NCBI RefSeq assembly: GCF_000143415.4
Contig: NW_003314389.1
Coordinates: forward strand, 1-37,609
Origin: Selaginella moellendorffii
Taxonomy: Eukaryota > Plantae > Lycopodiophyta
Length of the DNA: 37,609 bases
Reading direction: 5' to 3'
The number at the start of each line of letters is the position of its first letter. Within the stretch, counting starts at the first letter, position 1. The position numbers and the translations under genes are program-made. Positions 1 through 12,179 of the stretch are shown piece by piece. The notes under the pieces were generated by a model, which was not told the origin of the DNA, searched no databases, and saw nothing but the letters and a program-made list of their open reading frames with translations.

Positions 1-133
1 AAAGAACATTAACACATTTGTGCATTTATGCAATTTTTCAATTAAATATGGAGGATTGTCATTTGCTCAATACATATGATTTCAATTTTAAGAGTAGGAA
101 TATACTTCACTCAAAGGTATATTATATTTTAAA

Positions 134-159
134 CTAGCAGGGAACCCAGCTCCGCTGGG
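134..159 (-). mobile_element. Helitron 3' terminus (hairpin + CTAG)
   Basis: Minus strand reads CCCAGC-GGA-GCTGGG-TTCCCTG-CTAG|T: a GC-rich hairpin 7 nt before CTAG followed by T, the canonical Helitron 3' end. It lies downstream of the minus-strand RPA gene. Confidence 0.9.
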
Positions 160-791
160 ATAGTTAGATGCTAATTCTAAAAAGAGAACAATTTATTAAA
201 TCTTGCTTAAGTTCAATATGTAACAAGCACTTGGTTTATTTAGTTTTTACTAAGTGATTGCAACCAAACACTATTTCTTAAATGTTTAACTGGAATAGAA
301 TAATACAAGCTTGGACTCAAAGCTTAAAAGAATTATTCAACACATGAAGAGGTGGCTCAATCATATTCCTCAATTTGGTATATTATTTGGGCATTCCAGA
401 GGTAAGAGTAGTTAATGGGATGGTATGGTAAAGGGTTTTTTGGTATAGAATGGCTGGTTTTGCATTTGCAAGCAAGCGATGTGTATTGAAGTATAAATGA
501 CTGTATTTTCTGGTGGTCTATGTGTTTGTTCATTATAACATGCTAAATTCTGATACAGTTGATGCATTTGTCATTTATTGTCCACTTGAGAATCATGTGT
601 TGTTGTTCTTTCCCTTTTTTAGTTTTTGTATCTTGACATTCCTTTCTTGCTACAGATAACCATCAAACAGAGCTGATGTTTGCTAGGAGGTGTGTTTTAT
701 TTTATTTGTTTTTGCAAGTTCCATGTAACTACAAAACAAAACACAGATAAATATATCAACGTGTAAAAGATTAGAATGGAATCTGCATACC

Positions 792-2605
792 TTAGGTGTC
801 AAGTCCAAGTATATAGAACCTTAGCTTCTCCATGTCTTGGTATTTTTCAAGCTTGCTCCGGATTTTGAATTTGTAAATCTTTGAGCGGATACCATCGATA
901 AGTAGTGAAAATGCAAGGTAGTTCTCATCTCGCATTGTAGCTAGTTCCTTTGCTGACATTCCCACTATTTCCTGTGCAGCCTCTTGAAATGCAATGGCCC
1001 ACACATGACTGCTACTATCCTCGATGCACATCTTTAGAGCATACTTGAACTCCAGACTCAAAATTGCAATAATTGCAGAACCAACCATCTGCTGTTCGGG
1101 TAGTTTTTTTGCCACATTGCCGTGCATTCACGACATTGATGCATGCATTATAGTAAAACTCATCTGTCTTCATTTCCTTCACAGTAGCTATCACTCTATA
1201 GATAGGGGAACTCTCTAACACCTTTAACTGCATGTTTGATATCTCTGATAAAGTAGTGGTGCAGCTAACAGTCTGTCTGGATGATGAAGTGCTCAAATGT
1301 ATGAAGTTAGTGACATTGTAGTACAATGTCATCCATTCTCTCAAATCAGCCACTGCTTCCATTTCCGGTTCAATAAGAATGGTGCTCACACCAATTGCTG
1401 AAAGTGATTTACCATTGTAGTCTGATACTTTTCCACCCTTGACACATATTATTGGCTGAACTCCACTGTCTATCCGCTCCTGTATATATGAGCCCTCTTC
1501 TTCTGCTTTTAAATCCCAGAGACATAGATCAACACTGTGGCCTGAATCATCACCTAGACACAATGTTCTCTTCTTCACAAAAGTTCCACTGTCACGAGAT
1601 GTTACTGTAATTGTACCAATCCATATTACGATACCAACCACATCGACAAAAGAGTCCCTTTCCTTCTGACACGCACTTAATATGCTTGTTTTTGCCAAGA
1701 CAATTCTTGGGAACGTTGCATCCTCATCCAAAGCTGTAAACACCATACCTTTGTTAGCCTGAATCTCCCATGTCACTTCAAATGGTGTGTATGCCTGATT
1801 GGAACGTCGTATTCCACCACTACCAGAAAATGAATACACTGTACCCTGTACAATCTTATCTGACAAAACCAAGGCACAATCATCGGAGCCAATAATTCTA
1901 ATCTCTGTTCCCTGGACATCGACAACGTCAAATGACATTATGCATCCAGATCTTTTCGTGTTGAAATGTATCAACTTGTTCTTGTGTGTGACTCTTGCAC
2001 GGAAGGACCACCTGTAAGAACGGTCACTGATTTCTTTGATGAACACCTCTTTTATGACGGCCTTTTTTGAGCTCTCTCCCTGTATCAAAGGGAACAAATT
2101 GAATAAACTGGTTTAGACGTGAAATACCTTTTCCATGGACTCCTGGGCTCGTTTTTGACCCTGGCAAGTTCAATTGTAGCAGTTATTTTAGAATTAAAAC
2201 CAAAGAAAGGACTTACCACTTTCATATCTTGAAGGATAGGGTTTGAGTGTGTGCGCTTCCATACTCCACCATCCAGGAAGCATGCATCCGAAACAATCAA
2301 TGACCTACAGAATATTTTGGTGTTTAAAATGCTCTGTCAAAAGGAAAATACACTTACTGTTTCCCATTTGTCTCAAGGAACGCGTAGTCCAGGAATTTTA
2401 CAAATGAATTCAGACGGGCACCACATGAATCTATTAAACTTGAAACTCGGTGTGATGCAATTGCCTCGAGTATTTCTCTGTCATCCGTGACAGAGAACTT
2501 CTTGGTCAGAGCACCAGGCTTTGAATCTATATTCGTCACACGCAACACGAGTTCCTCTTTCGAATTTTCTTTGACCCTTCTGATCCCATCATCTGTGCAC
2601 TTCAT
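792..2605 (-). pseudogene. RPA1: Helitron-associated replication protein A 70-kDa subunit (RPA1-like), one frameshift near 1050
   Basis: N-terminal OB exon (2358-2605). GT-AG introns at 2305-2357, 2161-2216 and 2080-2127 keep the frame. DBD-A/B motifs RWSFRARVTHK, FVDVVGIV and DDSGHSVDLCLW. DBD-C zinc finger FYYNAC..CGKK..WFCNYC. The C-terminus (KYALKMCIEDSSSHVWAIAFQEAAQEIVG) lies in a different frame. Confidence 0.92.
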
Positions 2606-2781
2606 GATTGTTCACGATAGGGTTTCTCCGTGATATCTGCTATATAATGTTCACATTTATCAAACCGTTGGCAACGTTGTTATCACTGCCTTGATGCATA
2701 TGCATTGGTTGAAATAATAAAATTTATTCTTGTATTAGTGGGAAAAAAGATTACGACTTTATCTTCCTCCTCCCTCTCCAG

Positions 2782-3235
2782 NNNNNNNNNNNNNNNNNNN
2801 NNNNNNNNNNNNNNNNNNNNNNNNNNNNNNNNNNNNNNNNNNNNNNNNNNNNNNNNNNNNNNNNNNNNNNNNNNNNNNNNNNNNNNNNNNNNNNNNNNNN
2901 NNNNNNNNNNNNNNNNNNNNNNNNNNNNNNNNNNNNNNNNNNNNNNNNNNNNNNNNNNNNNNNNNNNNNNNNNNNNNNNNNNNNNNNNNNNNNNNNNNNN
3001 NNNNNNNNNNNNNNNNNNNNNNNNNNNNNNNNNNNNNNNNNNNNNNNNNNNNNNNNNNNNNNNNNNNNNNNNNNNNNNNNNNNNNNNNNNNNNNNNNNNN
3101 NNNNNNNNNNNNNNNNNNNNNNNNNNNNNNNNNNNNNNNNNNNNNNNNNNNNNNNNNNNNNNNNNNNNNNNNNNNNNNNNNNNNNNNNNNNNNNNNNNNN
3201 NNNNNNNNNNNNNNNNNNNNNNNNNNNNNNNNNNN
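2782..3235. other. Assembly gap (others at 5793-6018, 13282-13381, 21953-22052, 31775-31973, 34133-34232, 35801-36133)
   Basis: Runs of N. Three are exactly 100 N and are probably of unknown size. Confidence 0.99.
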
Positions 3236-4733
3236 CCTTTTGTTACCAAGGTTTTAAGGACCAAAGAGGATTACAACGCCCACGGAAACGGATTGCGTCC
3301 AGATAAGCACAAAATTGTGTCTGATGCATCTTCCAACACTCGAATTCCAGCTACACTTGCTGGTTATGAACGCAACTACTGAACACCATTTTGATCCATA
3401 GCAAAACAGTTTGATCTTCGTTTATTTGTAGTGTAGAAACTTGATGCATTCTTAAGCTTTTATAGGGCAAGCGTGTGCGAAGGGAAACAACTCCCAGGAA
3501 AAACACTTTCCTTTTCTTTTTTTTTCATCTGATTCTTCGTCTGAAAATCAGACGAATCCAACCAGCTCCAACCAGCTGCTCAAAGCATGCGATCCAATAA
3601 GCCAGACAGTAGGGCATGCATGTGAGTTGGCCTGCGTAATCTCCATTTCCCGGTGGCTGTCTTGCACGGTTAAGGAAACCTTTTCAAAAATCTAAAGGCT
3701 GAAGATAACAGGTGTTAGAACCCAGCGACAAGTAAAAGATCCACACCTGATTCCGATGTAACTCTCGAACCACCCTCGTCCTACCCCAGCCGTTAAGCTG
3801 GAAGAGACAAATGGTACGTGAAAATTCAGTCGGGCATCATAAAGAATGTCTACTCCACCACCCTGGTACCCCGTGTCAAATGCTCGACCTGTAGCAGCAC
3901 CAGACATAAACAATCATACAAAATTGCTGTTGCTATCTGTATGGCTTGTTGTGGACGGTAGTCCTTGTACTGCTGCACCTCTTCCGCTCTCATCCATGTA
4001 CACTGATTGAACTGTGTCAGTTATCTCGCATTTTCTTCCATATTGTATCGCTCTTCCTCCTGGTTTCCTCATGGTTGCTAGTGTATGACTGTGATAATCG
4101 TCTTGTGCTGGATGATTTTTCTGCACAAAGAATGCTTGTTTCCGTGTCTTGTATGCTAGAAGTTGATGTTGTGTAATCCAGAAACACAAAAGTCAAGTGT
4201 AAGCCTTTTTTTTATGCAGGTTCCAAATGATTGTAATTCAGCAGAGCAATATTTCTATCTACCAAGTAGAGTAATGGGAACTATTGCAAACCATCGTTGA
4301 AGAGCTGTAATATTTAAAAATTACGATGCAAAAGCCAGTGCTACTTTTTCAAAGCTAAGAAATTGGTTCCCTTTCAACAAAGTTTGCTGCTGGGTTTTGC
4401 CTTTAAAGCAGAAGCTGGTGTGCCAAATCCAAACCCTTCACACTCACCCGAGGAGAGGAACTATGTCATGTGGTCTGTTACACAGGTGGAGCTCGTCCAT
4501 ACGTACATGGACTTCCTCTTCCATGGGGGCTGCTATCTGGTTCGGCTGGATGAGCTGTATTATTTGGATTTATTTAGTTTATTTTCTGGCAATTTGAAAT
4601 TTTTTTTATACCATCAAATTAATGATGAGAGGACCATAGTATAGATTAAAACTTTTTTCTCAATCTATTTTTTAATATCTGTAAGACATGATGTTTTTCC
4701 TTTTTCTCAATCTCATTTTAATATTTGTCATGC

Positions 4734-7547
4734 TCATTGAATAGCCCACCGCTTGATAAGACTTATCATTCCGTTCAGCTGTTGAATCTGTAATAATAAC
4801 AAATACAGCTCAAAAAATACAAAATCATCTGAGAGGGATTAGAGGAAGATCAAGTACATTCTTTTGGGTTTTCAGCAACTGCCATTTTTAGATGTGCCTC
4901 CGCTCTGAAATGGAAATTTAAAGTCAGAAATAGATACAATTCATACGTACTTCAGTGATAGTTCCCTCAATGTAGCTAGTTTAGGAAAGTCATGTATTGG
5001 CTGAGCATCTTTCAGTGTGGAGGTGATCTCAGTGTCTATTTTTTTTCTAAATAGAAACTCTGCCATTTGTGATTTTACATTCTGGAAATCATCAGATTTT
5101 GAGTTAGCTTAAATTTAATTTATGTTTCTCACAAATTTACACCAAATACCTTATCTATTTCATTAACAAAGTGAGATTCCGATGCCTTTGTTGCTTTTCT
5201 TTGAAAATGTTTGGTGTCCTCGCAATCTTAGGACAATGATTAGCATTGTGAATATATTTTAGCAAAGAAACATCATTCTTGTGTTAAAATGTTCTACCGT
5301 GAAGATGTTCTATTTGTTGTTCATTCTGAAATTGGTATAAAGTTTTTTCTTTATGCGTCATGTTTTTTTTCTCGGTAGCAAAAGCAACATCAGCAACTAG
5401 TCTATCAATCTGCTTTTTCTGAAAGTCCTTCCTGTGTAGAAAAAGAACTTAATAAAAAGGTATAAACAAGCAAGCCAACCATAATCTTTTCTGCATTATT
5501 TGCAGTTGATACTCTAATTGTTGAACAATAGGTGTTCTTTCAAATCCTTGTTTATCATGAGTGGGCGCCACAAAGTTTGCTTCCAAAACTCCTAAATAAT
5601 GTTAAAGAATGTATCAAAGATCAATAGTAGAATAGTAAAACTTGCCATAGACACCTCGCCCTTGTTTTCATGATGAATTCCATATTTTCCAAAAGGGCTG
5701 TCATATATTAAATGAGAAAAATGATCTTTTTGAATGATTGGTTACCTTAATAAGTCGGTTTTTGTGGTAGACATTAAATCCTTGTATATCTANNNNNNNN
5801 NNNNNNNNNNNNNNNNNNNNNNNNNNNNNNNNNNNNNNNNNNNNNNNNNNNNNNNNNNNNNNNNNNNNNNNNNNNNNNNNNNNNNNNNNNNNNNNNNNNN
5901 NNNNNNNNNNNNNNNNNNNNNNNNNNNNNNNNNNNNNNNNNNNNNNNNNNNNNNNNNNNNNNNNNNNNNNNNNNNNNNNNNNNNNNNNNNNNNNNNNNNN
6001 NNNNNNNNNNNNNNNNNNTATATACCTGCAAACCTGAGTGGATGAGAAAGTGTATTTTAAATTTTTTCTTACCCGTAATGAACTTTTGTACAGGAAAAAG
6101 TGTTTAATACTGGAATATTTTTTTGCCATTTCACATTGTATGTCATGTTGACCATTTCTAATTCAGATATCCTTGATGGGTGTCAGAAAAGTAAAATTTT
6201 AAAATATAAAACATACATGAGGATCAGATTTGAAGTCTAGTTCAATTTGTTGCTCGTCATTCTCCCATAGATTATAGATAATTATTCTTGTCCCTTGGTC
6301 ATTAATTTTCTTGAACTTGAATAGTAGAGACACATAACTTAAGATTATTGATCTAGAGTACCTACTTGGCTATGAATAGATCCTTCATTTTGATAAGGAC
6401 TCCATTTAGTGATTACGTCCATACGAATTTTCCAATCTTGATGTGTACATTTATGGATCTCTTTTAACTCAAGCCCATTTCCTTCATAATCCAGCTGCAA
6501 ATATGAACAATGTGATGTATACACATCTAAGAGAATTTGGAATTATAATATCTTGCTGCACTGTATCACGGAGAAAGCTATAAGAGAGTAATCCCACACT
6601 TTGAATAAATCTGTACACAATGTTAAATAAAGTGGCGAAAAATATGGCAGTCAACTCTTATACCTGTCACCTACTGCAGTGTTTGATTTTGAAAATACAA
6701 TGACATTTGCACCAAGGCGCATTGTACTTGTCTTGAAACCATTTCCATCTGGTAGTATAAATAATATTAAAAAATGTAAAAAAAAAGATGGCACTTACAT
6801 TGTCCAATTGTTCTACTGGTTGTGTCATTTACAGAATACCCAAAGGACATACATTGTCGCAAATGATCAAGAGTCATTCCACCACCATTGTCTAAATTAA
6901 CAAATACAATGTTACTTGCATAAAGAAAGAAAAAAGGAAAAAAAAAATGTCTTACAAACCTTCAAACAGAAGCATTGGCGTGCCATTAACTGGATTCTTG
7001 AGAACATCTATGTTGGCAAATGTCACTCCATTTGTTGTCTGGTCGAGTGCATTATCAAGCAGCTTTGCTATTGCTGCAAAAAGTGTAAGATCATGCATTG
7101 GAAAGAAAAGAGGAACAGTGATATGCCTATTTGAATTACCACCAAAAGCCCACTTGTGGCTTCTTGCGTTAGAATGAAGGAATTTGGGATGCATTCGTAC
7201 GTGGTCCATTCCAGCTACAAAACCACGTAATGAGTTACTTCCTTAAAAGGCAGTCATAATGAGCAAGGACCTGGCATTGTTTGTGCATTAGAACCATCGT
7301 AATTTCCTGCTTTCCAAAACTGGGAACATTGTCTTGGCTGCTGTGTACAAACAACTGTTTTATCATTCTGTGCGGCATCCCCCTGAATTGGGAAAAACTC
7401 AAGAAAGTCGGCAGGCATGCACTCAATTTTAGGTTTCTTGTACTGGTTGCCGGCAACACCAGCTCTTTTCTTTCCAAAATTGGTGGACTTGTTTAGAATC
7501 AGACAGGGATTGATGCCTCTGGCAGTGAGCTCTTCGTCCCCTCCCAT
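4734..7547 (-). pseudogene. MORC: Microrchidia (MORC4/5/7-like) GHKL ATPase, multi-exon, near full length, at least two in-frame TGA stops
   Basis: Spliced translation gives, in order: [164 protein letters not shown]. Stops at 6163-6165 and 5668-5670. Part of the gene lies in gap 5793-6018. Both ends are approximate. Confidence 0.95.
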
Positions 7548-8384
7548 CCTTATGTGGGCCTTCAAGCACTCAATGATACAGTTTGAGAATGCAAAAGTTA
7601 CAGAGATTCAGAAACAGTGCAACTAAAGAAACGTGCGTAACATATAGTCTGGTGTCGTTTTGTTGAGCACACATATACCTAGATGCATAATGCCCTGTCA
7701 CGACACAATTTTATTTTCTAATTGAGTTTCAAGTGTGGTCTTTTGAATGCAACCTATTCTGTGACCACACACCAATCAAATTCATTTCTAATCTTTCCAA
7801 TTAAAGACACATGGGTATCATAATCATTACAAACAACTGTTCACTGTTCATTTTTACACTGCTTGCTGATCATTTGTTTCTAAAGTCTTACAATCTTGTC
7901 ACTGATAGCAGTCCTATTTTCACTCTTGCAAAGAGATGGAATTCCAATTGGAATAGTATGTATTCTCCATTCGAGTGGGATGGCCGTTCCTGAAACATTT
8001 TTTTTTTTCTGTGAAAAGTATGGTGCAATACCTCAGCCAAGCTGGGAGACAACAGAGCCTAGAGGGCATGTATACAAGTATTAGTTACTGGGTTTGTGTT
8101 TTTCTGGTAACTGAATATCATGCACCACTACAAGATTTGAAGTCCATGTTGTGAAACTTTAGAAGCAACTTTGTTTTTTGCTGGATCCTTGGATAAGCTG
8201 TGATCATTTCCAGCACAACTCAATCATCAATTTGATGGTATGTACTGTTTTAAGGACATATTGAGTTTTTTAGAACAAAAAGAATGTGCAGCCAGAAACT
8301 TCTCTTAGGCTTTCAACTGCCTAGGTAAAATGGAAATCTTATTTTCTTAAGAGCCAATCATGCTGACTTTTGATGGGCATCTGC

Positions 8385-9310
8385 AGTGGTTTTTTGAGCA
8401 GTGGGAGTTGGAAGTGAAGGGAATTATATGCTGGCTGGGTGAGTTCTACCTTTTCAAAGTCAGTTGATAAAATTATAAACTACAAATTAACTTTATAAAC
8501 GATAGAGTTCTACTTCTTCCGTTATGTTTTCAGAGGTTTTTACATGCAAATGAAAGACCGCTAGGTTGCTATGCTGGATTGGATTGCCAGGTGCGGTCAG
8601 GCAAGAGAAACAGGTCTTGTCCCCACATTCACGTGCAACATTCCTCTTTTTTCTTTCCTCTGCTACCTGACCGCTTCTCTGTTTTGGGCTGCTCCCAGAT
8701 TCGGGTTGGAGTGATCGAGCAAGATGGATCCATTAGAGTTAATCAGAGCTTCACTTTTGACATCAAGGATCCAAATGTACAATTTTTGCAGCTTTGCAAT
8801 TTTTTTCTACTGACGAGTTTGGGTGGTTGGGCAGAATGCAGTTCTGCTGTTACACGTTGTTTCTAAGACACGTTTTGGAGGAGAAGACTCGCTTGGGATT
8901 TCTACGGAAGTTCGTGTTGCTGATCTTCTCGTTAAAAAGGGAGGTCTGAGGAAGGTGTCTTTTCTCCTTGTGCCACCTTATTGCTCTTTTTCATTTCAGG
9001 TGGTCAAGATGGAAAAACCAAGTGGTATGATCTTTCTGGGAAGAGATTAATGCCGGGGAAGGTGATCAGTCTGTTCGCTTGACTTTTAAAAATGTTCGTT
9101 GTTGTCGTGTATTTGCAGGTTTTAATGGACTTAGATGCAAGAATAGCTGAACCCGAGCATGATATCAGTGTTTTCTTGGGTACATGGAATGTAGGAAACG
9201 CAAGACTGGTATGTCAGCTATAATTCTGGACCAATTTGCTGATCTTTGGCAGCTCAGGCTGTGGATTTGTCATCGTGGCTTATTACAAAGAGCAAGCATG
9301 CTGAATTGCT
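8385..9310 (+). pseudogene. Captured multi-exon fragment of a C2-domain + inositol polyphosphate 5-phosphatase gene
   Basis: Spliced: LEVKGII..IRVNQSFTFDIKDP..LLLHVVSKTRFGGEDSLG..VADLL..KWYDLSGK..GKVLMDL (C2-like). This is followed by EPEHDISVFLGTWNVGNA..DLSSWL, the start of a 5-phosphatase catalytic domain, and then truncated. Confidence 0.75.
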
Positions 9311-9840
9311 CTAAGAAACCTTTACTTCTTCTTGGTACATGTCCATTTCATTTGAGGATTCAAAAAGTGCAGTGTCACCTCCTTTCCTTTGTTAAAAAAT
9401 ATAAATAAAATACAAGAGATCTTTTCCAGTGTTCATCAAGGGGAATTCGTTTTCATTTTGTCATCAAAAGAAAACTTAGTATCAAGAAGGTAGAGCAAGC
9501 AATGGGCAGAGACTGACCACCACAATTCCTATAAGCCCGTGATTGGAGTTCGTTAATGATATCAACATTGAAGCCACGTAACAAAGGTAGTGTGGGATTA
9601 AACTTGCAAGCTTGGTCCGAATTTGTTTTGAAGCAGGTTCATTCCAGTTCAAAACCAAGTCATCCACGTTTCATAGACATTCTAACCTTTGATGTCAATC
9701 TAATAGAAATTGGTTAACTTAAGTACAGAGTTTTCATTACCAGCGTAAAGTTGATATACACAGTTGTAAGGTTATGGTTTATATAACCATTTTATTTTGA
9801 GGAGCACTTGCATTTTTTATTTACTCCCAGTATAAGCCCT

Positions 9841-11935
9841 TCATTTTTTGGATGATGGTGCAAAACCAATTACATCATTAGATACATCTAGCAGAAACCT
9901 CCCCACGGGTGGATGTTTTATCATTTGTGTCTTGACATGTGTCGAATCCTTTTTCCAGCTCGTAAGAATTGGTTCTTTAGAACCGTAAAGATGATCAACT
10001 AAGTATGATGGAATGTTAATATCCCTGGTCATATTTTCCACGTGTATCTTCCCCTTTAAAGTCATAAGCTGTTTCACTGGGCCAACATACTTGCACACAG
10101 CACACACTGCAGTGTCTTTAGATGTTCTTTGTGTCACATGAGCTGCAAACGGTATGGATAAAAATAGGACGCAGCCTATCTATCTCAAACCATCCTGGCA
10201 CCTGTAATTGATTTGATGTCTGTTTTAGCATGTATTATATCTCATGTGGCTTACCCCATTACAACATATAGCAAGACTCCGGTATAAGGCTGTTAAAAAA
10301 TGGTTCTTTGCTGGATCAAGTATGCGTGTGACGATAGTCATTCCAGAGACATTCGCTCTTTTAAATACACCATCTCCTTGTAAGTTTATAAAGCACCGGC
10401 TAGGAGCAGTTTCCGAAAGGAATTCATTTAGCATCTCTCTGAATATATATATATTGCTTGCTAGGAATTTTACCTGGCATAAGTAAAATTGGGATCTATC
10501 AGTAATAGAATAAGTAAGTAATTATTCTATTACAGTTAACGTGTCGCTGGAGTCTCCATTGTCTGCAACTGTGATCTCAGCAGTATTATGTGCTAGGCTG
10601 TTGACCTTAATCATGACAGCTTCAATAGATCCAATTGAATCACGTCCCCTATGCATGTTAGTAAACTCTGCTATGCTTATTGTGGGCACAGAAAGTCGCA
10701 ACAAAGGAGGACTGTGCTGGAATTCTTCAACTATGGTTGTGTCCATGATCTTCAGAGTAAATCCCCATGTCCCCCTATCATATTTTGGGACTGTGGGGAT
10801 AACTTCAAAACCATACAACTTGAGCCATTTTCCTCTGGTAAATTCCTGTGCACGTTTCTTTGCTACTTCGTGGAACATCCATACAGTAATAGTTTCAGTG
10901 CCACCAAAGTCAGTCATGTCTACACGCAGTCGATTGCCTCCATGCACAATGCCTCGTTTGAGACCATAGCTGTTGAGTGTATACCCTGCAAACATTAACG
11001 TGCTTGCACTCTCGTCAATGCCAGTTATTTTGATTGCTGATGAGATTTCCATATGTTGGAGTTGCTTGATGTTTGTAATTTGTTGTGTTTCCATAGAAGA
11101 TAAAGCTACAAGATTTTATCGAGGTTAGTAATTCTACAGTTTGTTTTCTAAATTACCTTGACCAACCGAAACATTAGCTGTATATGCAATGGAGTCTTCC
11201 CTGTGCGTTTCTTCATGAGGTGTTTCATCTTCGTTTGAAACATATTTCACATTTAATTATTCTTAGCTAAAACATAACATACCTCCATCAGTAGCTAATG
11301 CTCTTGATTTCAGACAATCTAATTGTTATTAAAAAAACATAGAAAGTAAAAGAAATGTTTGGATGGACTTTAAAATAACTTTTTTTTTGCAATTTGTACC
11401 TTCATTAACAACGCTGGTGTCTTCCTGACATGGTTCTGTAACATTGAAAAAAGAAAGATTGCAAGTGTTTAGAAAAAATAGTAAAGTCAATTTTTTTTGC
11501 TTTGTAACCTTCATCGATGATGGCAGTATCTGCCTTTTTTGATTCCGATTGGTCTGTAGGAATTTAAAAACTTTTAGGAAAACAAAAAAATGAAAACTAA
11601 AGAACAAGTGTAATATTGTTCTACCTTTTCCTTGCATATTCTCAATTTCCATCTCACATGGTTCATTTGGTAGAGCAACTCTAATAGGTGCTTTGTGTTT
11701 TCTTCTTTGAACCTCAGCTGTGCATTCTTCAATGCAATCCCTGGAAATTCAGGCAAACTAATAACGAAAATACCTTCTTCAACATCATTTATCGGAGGAA
11801 TTGTGGTCAATGTGTCTTTAAGCCTCTTTCGATTGCTCTTCTTGGTGCCTTTGAAGGTCCAAGCACTTTAAAAATAGCTTTGGAAATGTGTGTACAAACC
11901 AAGAGTGTCTCTTTCCATCTCTTTATCGTTACCTG
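9841..11935 (-). pseudogene. Second, highly divergent RPA70-like tandem OB-fold protein with C-terminal CxxC..CxxC zinc finger; frameshifted
   Basis: The 190-aa ORF 10522-11094 has a DBD-A/B-like pattern (RVDMTDFGGTETITVWMF..A..F..G..L.GFEV...KY....L.I...TIVEE; SIAEF; ITVADNG..LT). The last exon has CSSC...CAVC split by a frameshift near 10120. Several short upstream GT-AG exons extend to about 11935. Confidence 0.65.
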
Positions 11936-12179
11936 ACCTAAAAATAAAACCCTCTTTTAAAATTAATAATATTTGGACAAATGTGAAAGGTATCTAGAGA
12001 GGGCAATTCATTAGACGATCAACAAATGAGTTCAGCAGTTGTTATCTAGGTGGATCACTCGGGTGAAAGGAAGGATATTGTATTTTATGGCTGAGATACA
12101 CTATAATGAGGTATATGGTCAATACTTTGGCCCGAACTAAATGTATACTTTGGCTGAATATTGTATTTTATGGGTGAGC

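Noticed and set aside
2683-3382. Long ORFs spanning N-runs (also at 21.7-22.1, 31.7-32.0 and 35.7-36.3 kb)
   Set aside because: Artefacts of translating gaps. Only the flanks of the 5701-6129 ORF are real (MORC exons).
3692-4189. Minus-strand frame with faint papain-like spacing (DE....AV...P, SG..TG, YI.IR.G)
   Set aside because: The catalytic His/Asn and the NSWG motif are absent; the resemblance may be coincidental.
4213-4644. Plus-strand exon-like ORFs
   Set aside because: No recognisable motif and no frame clearly preferred.
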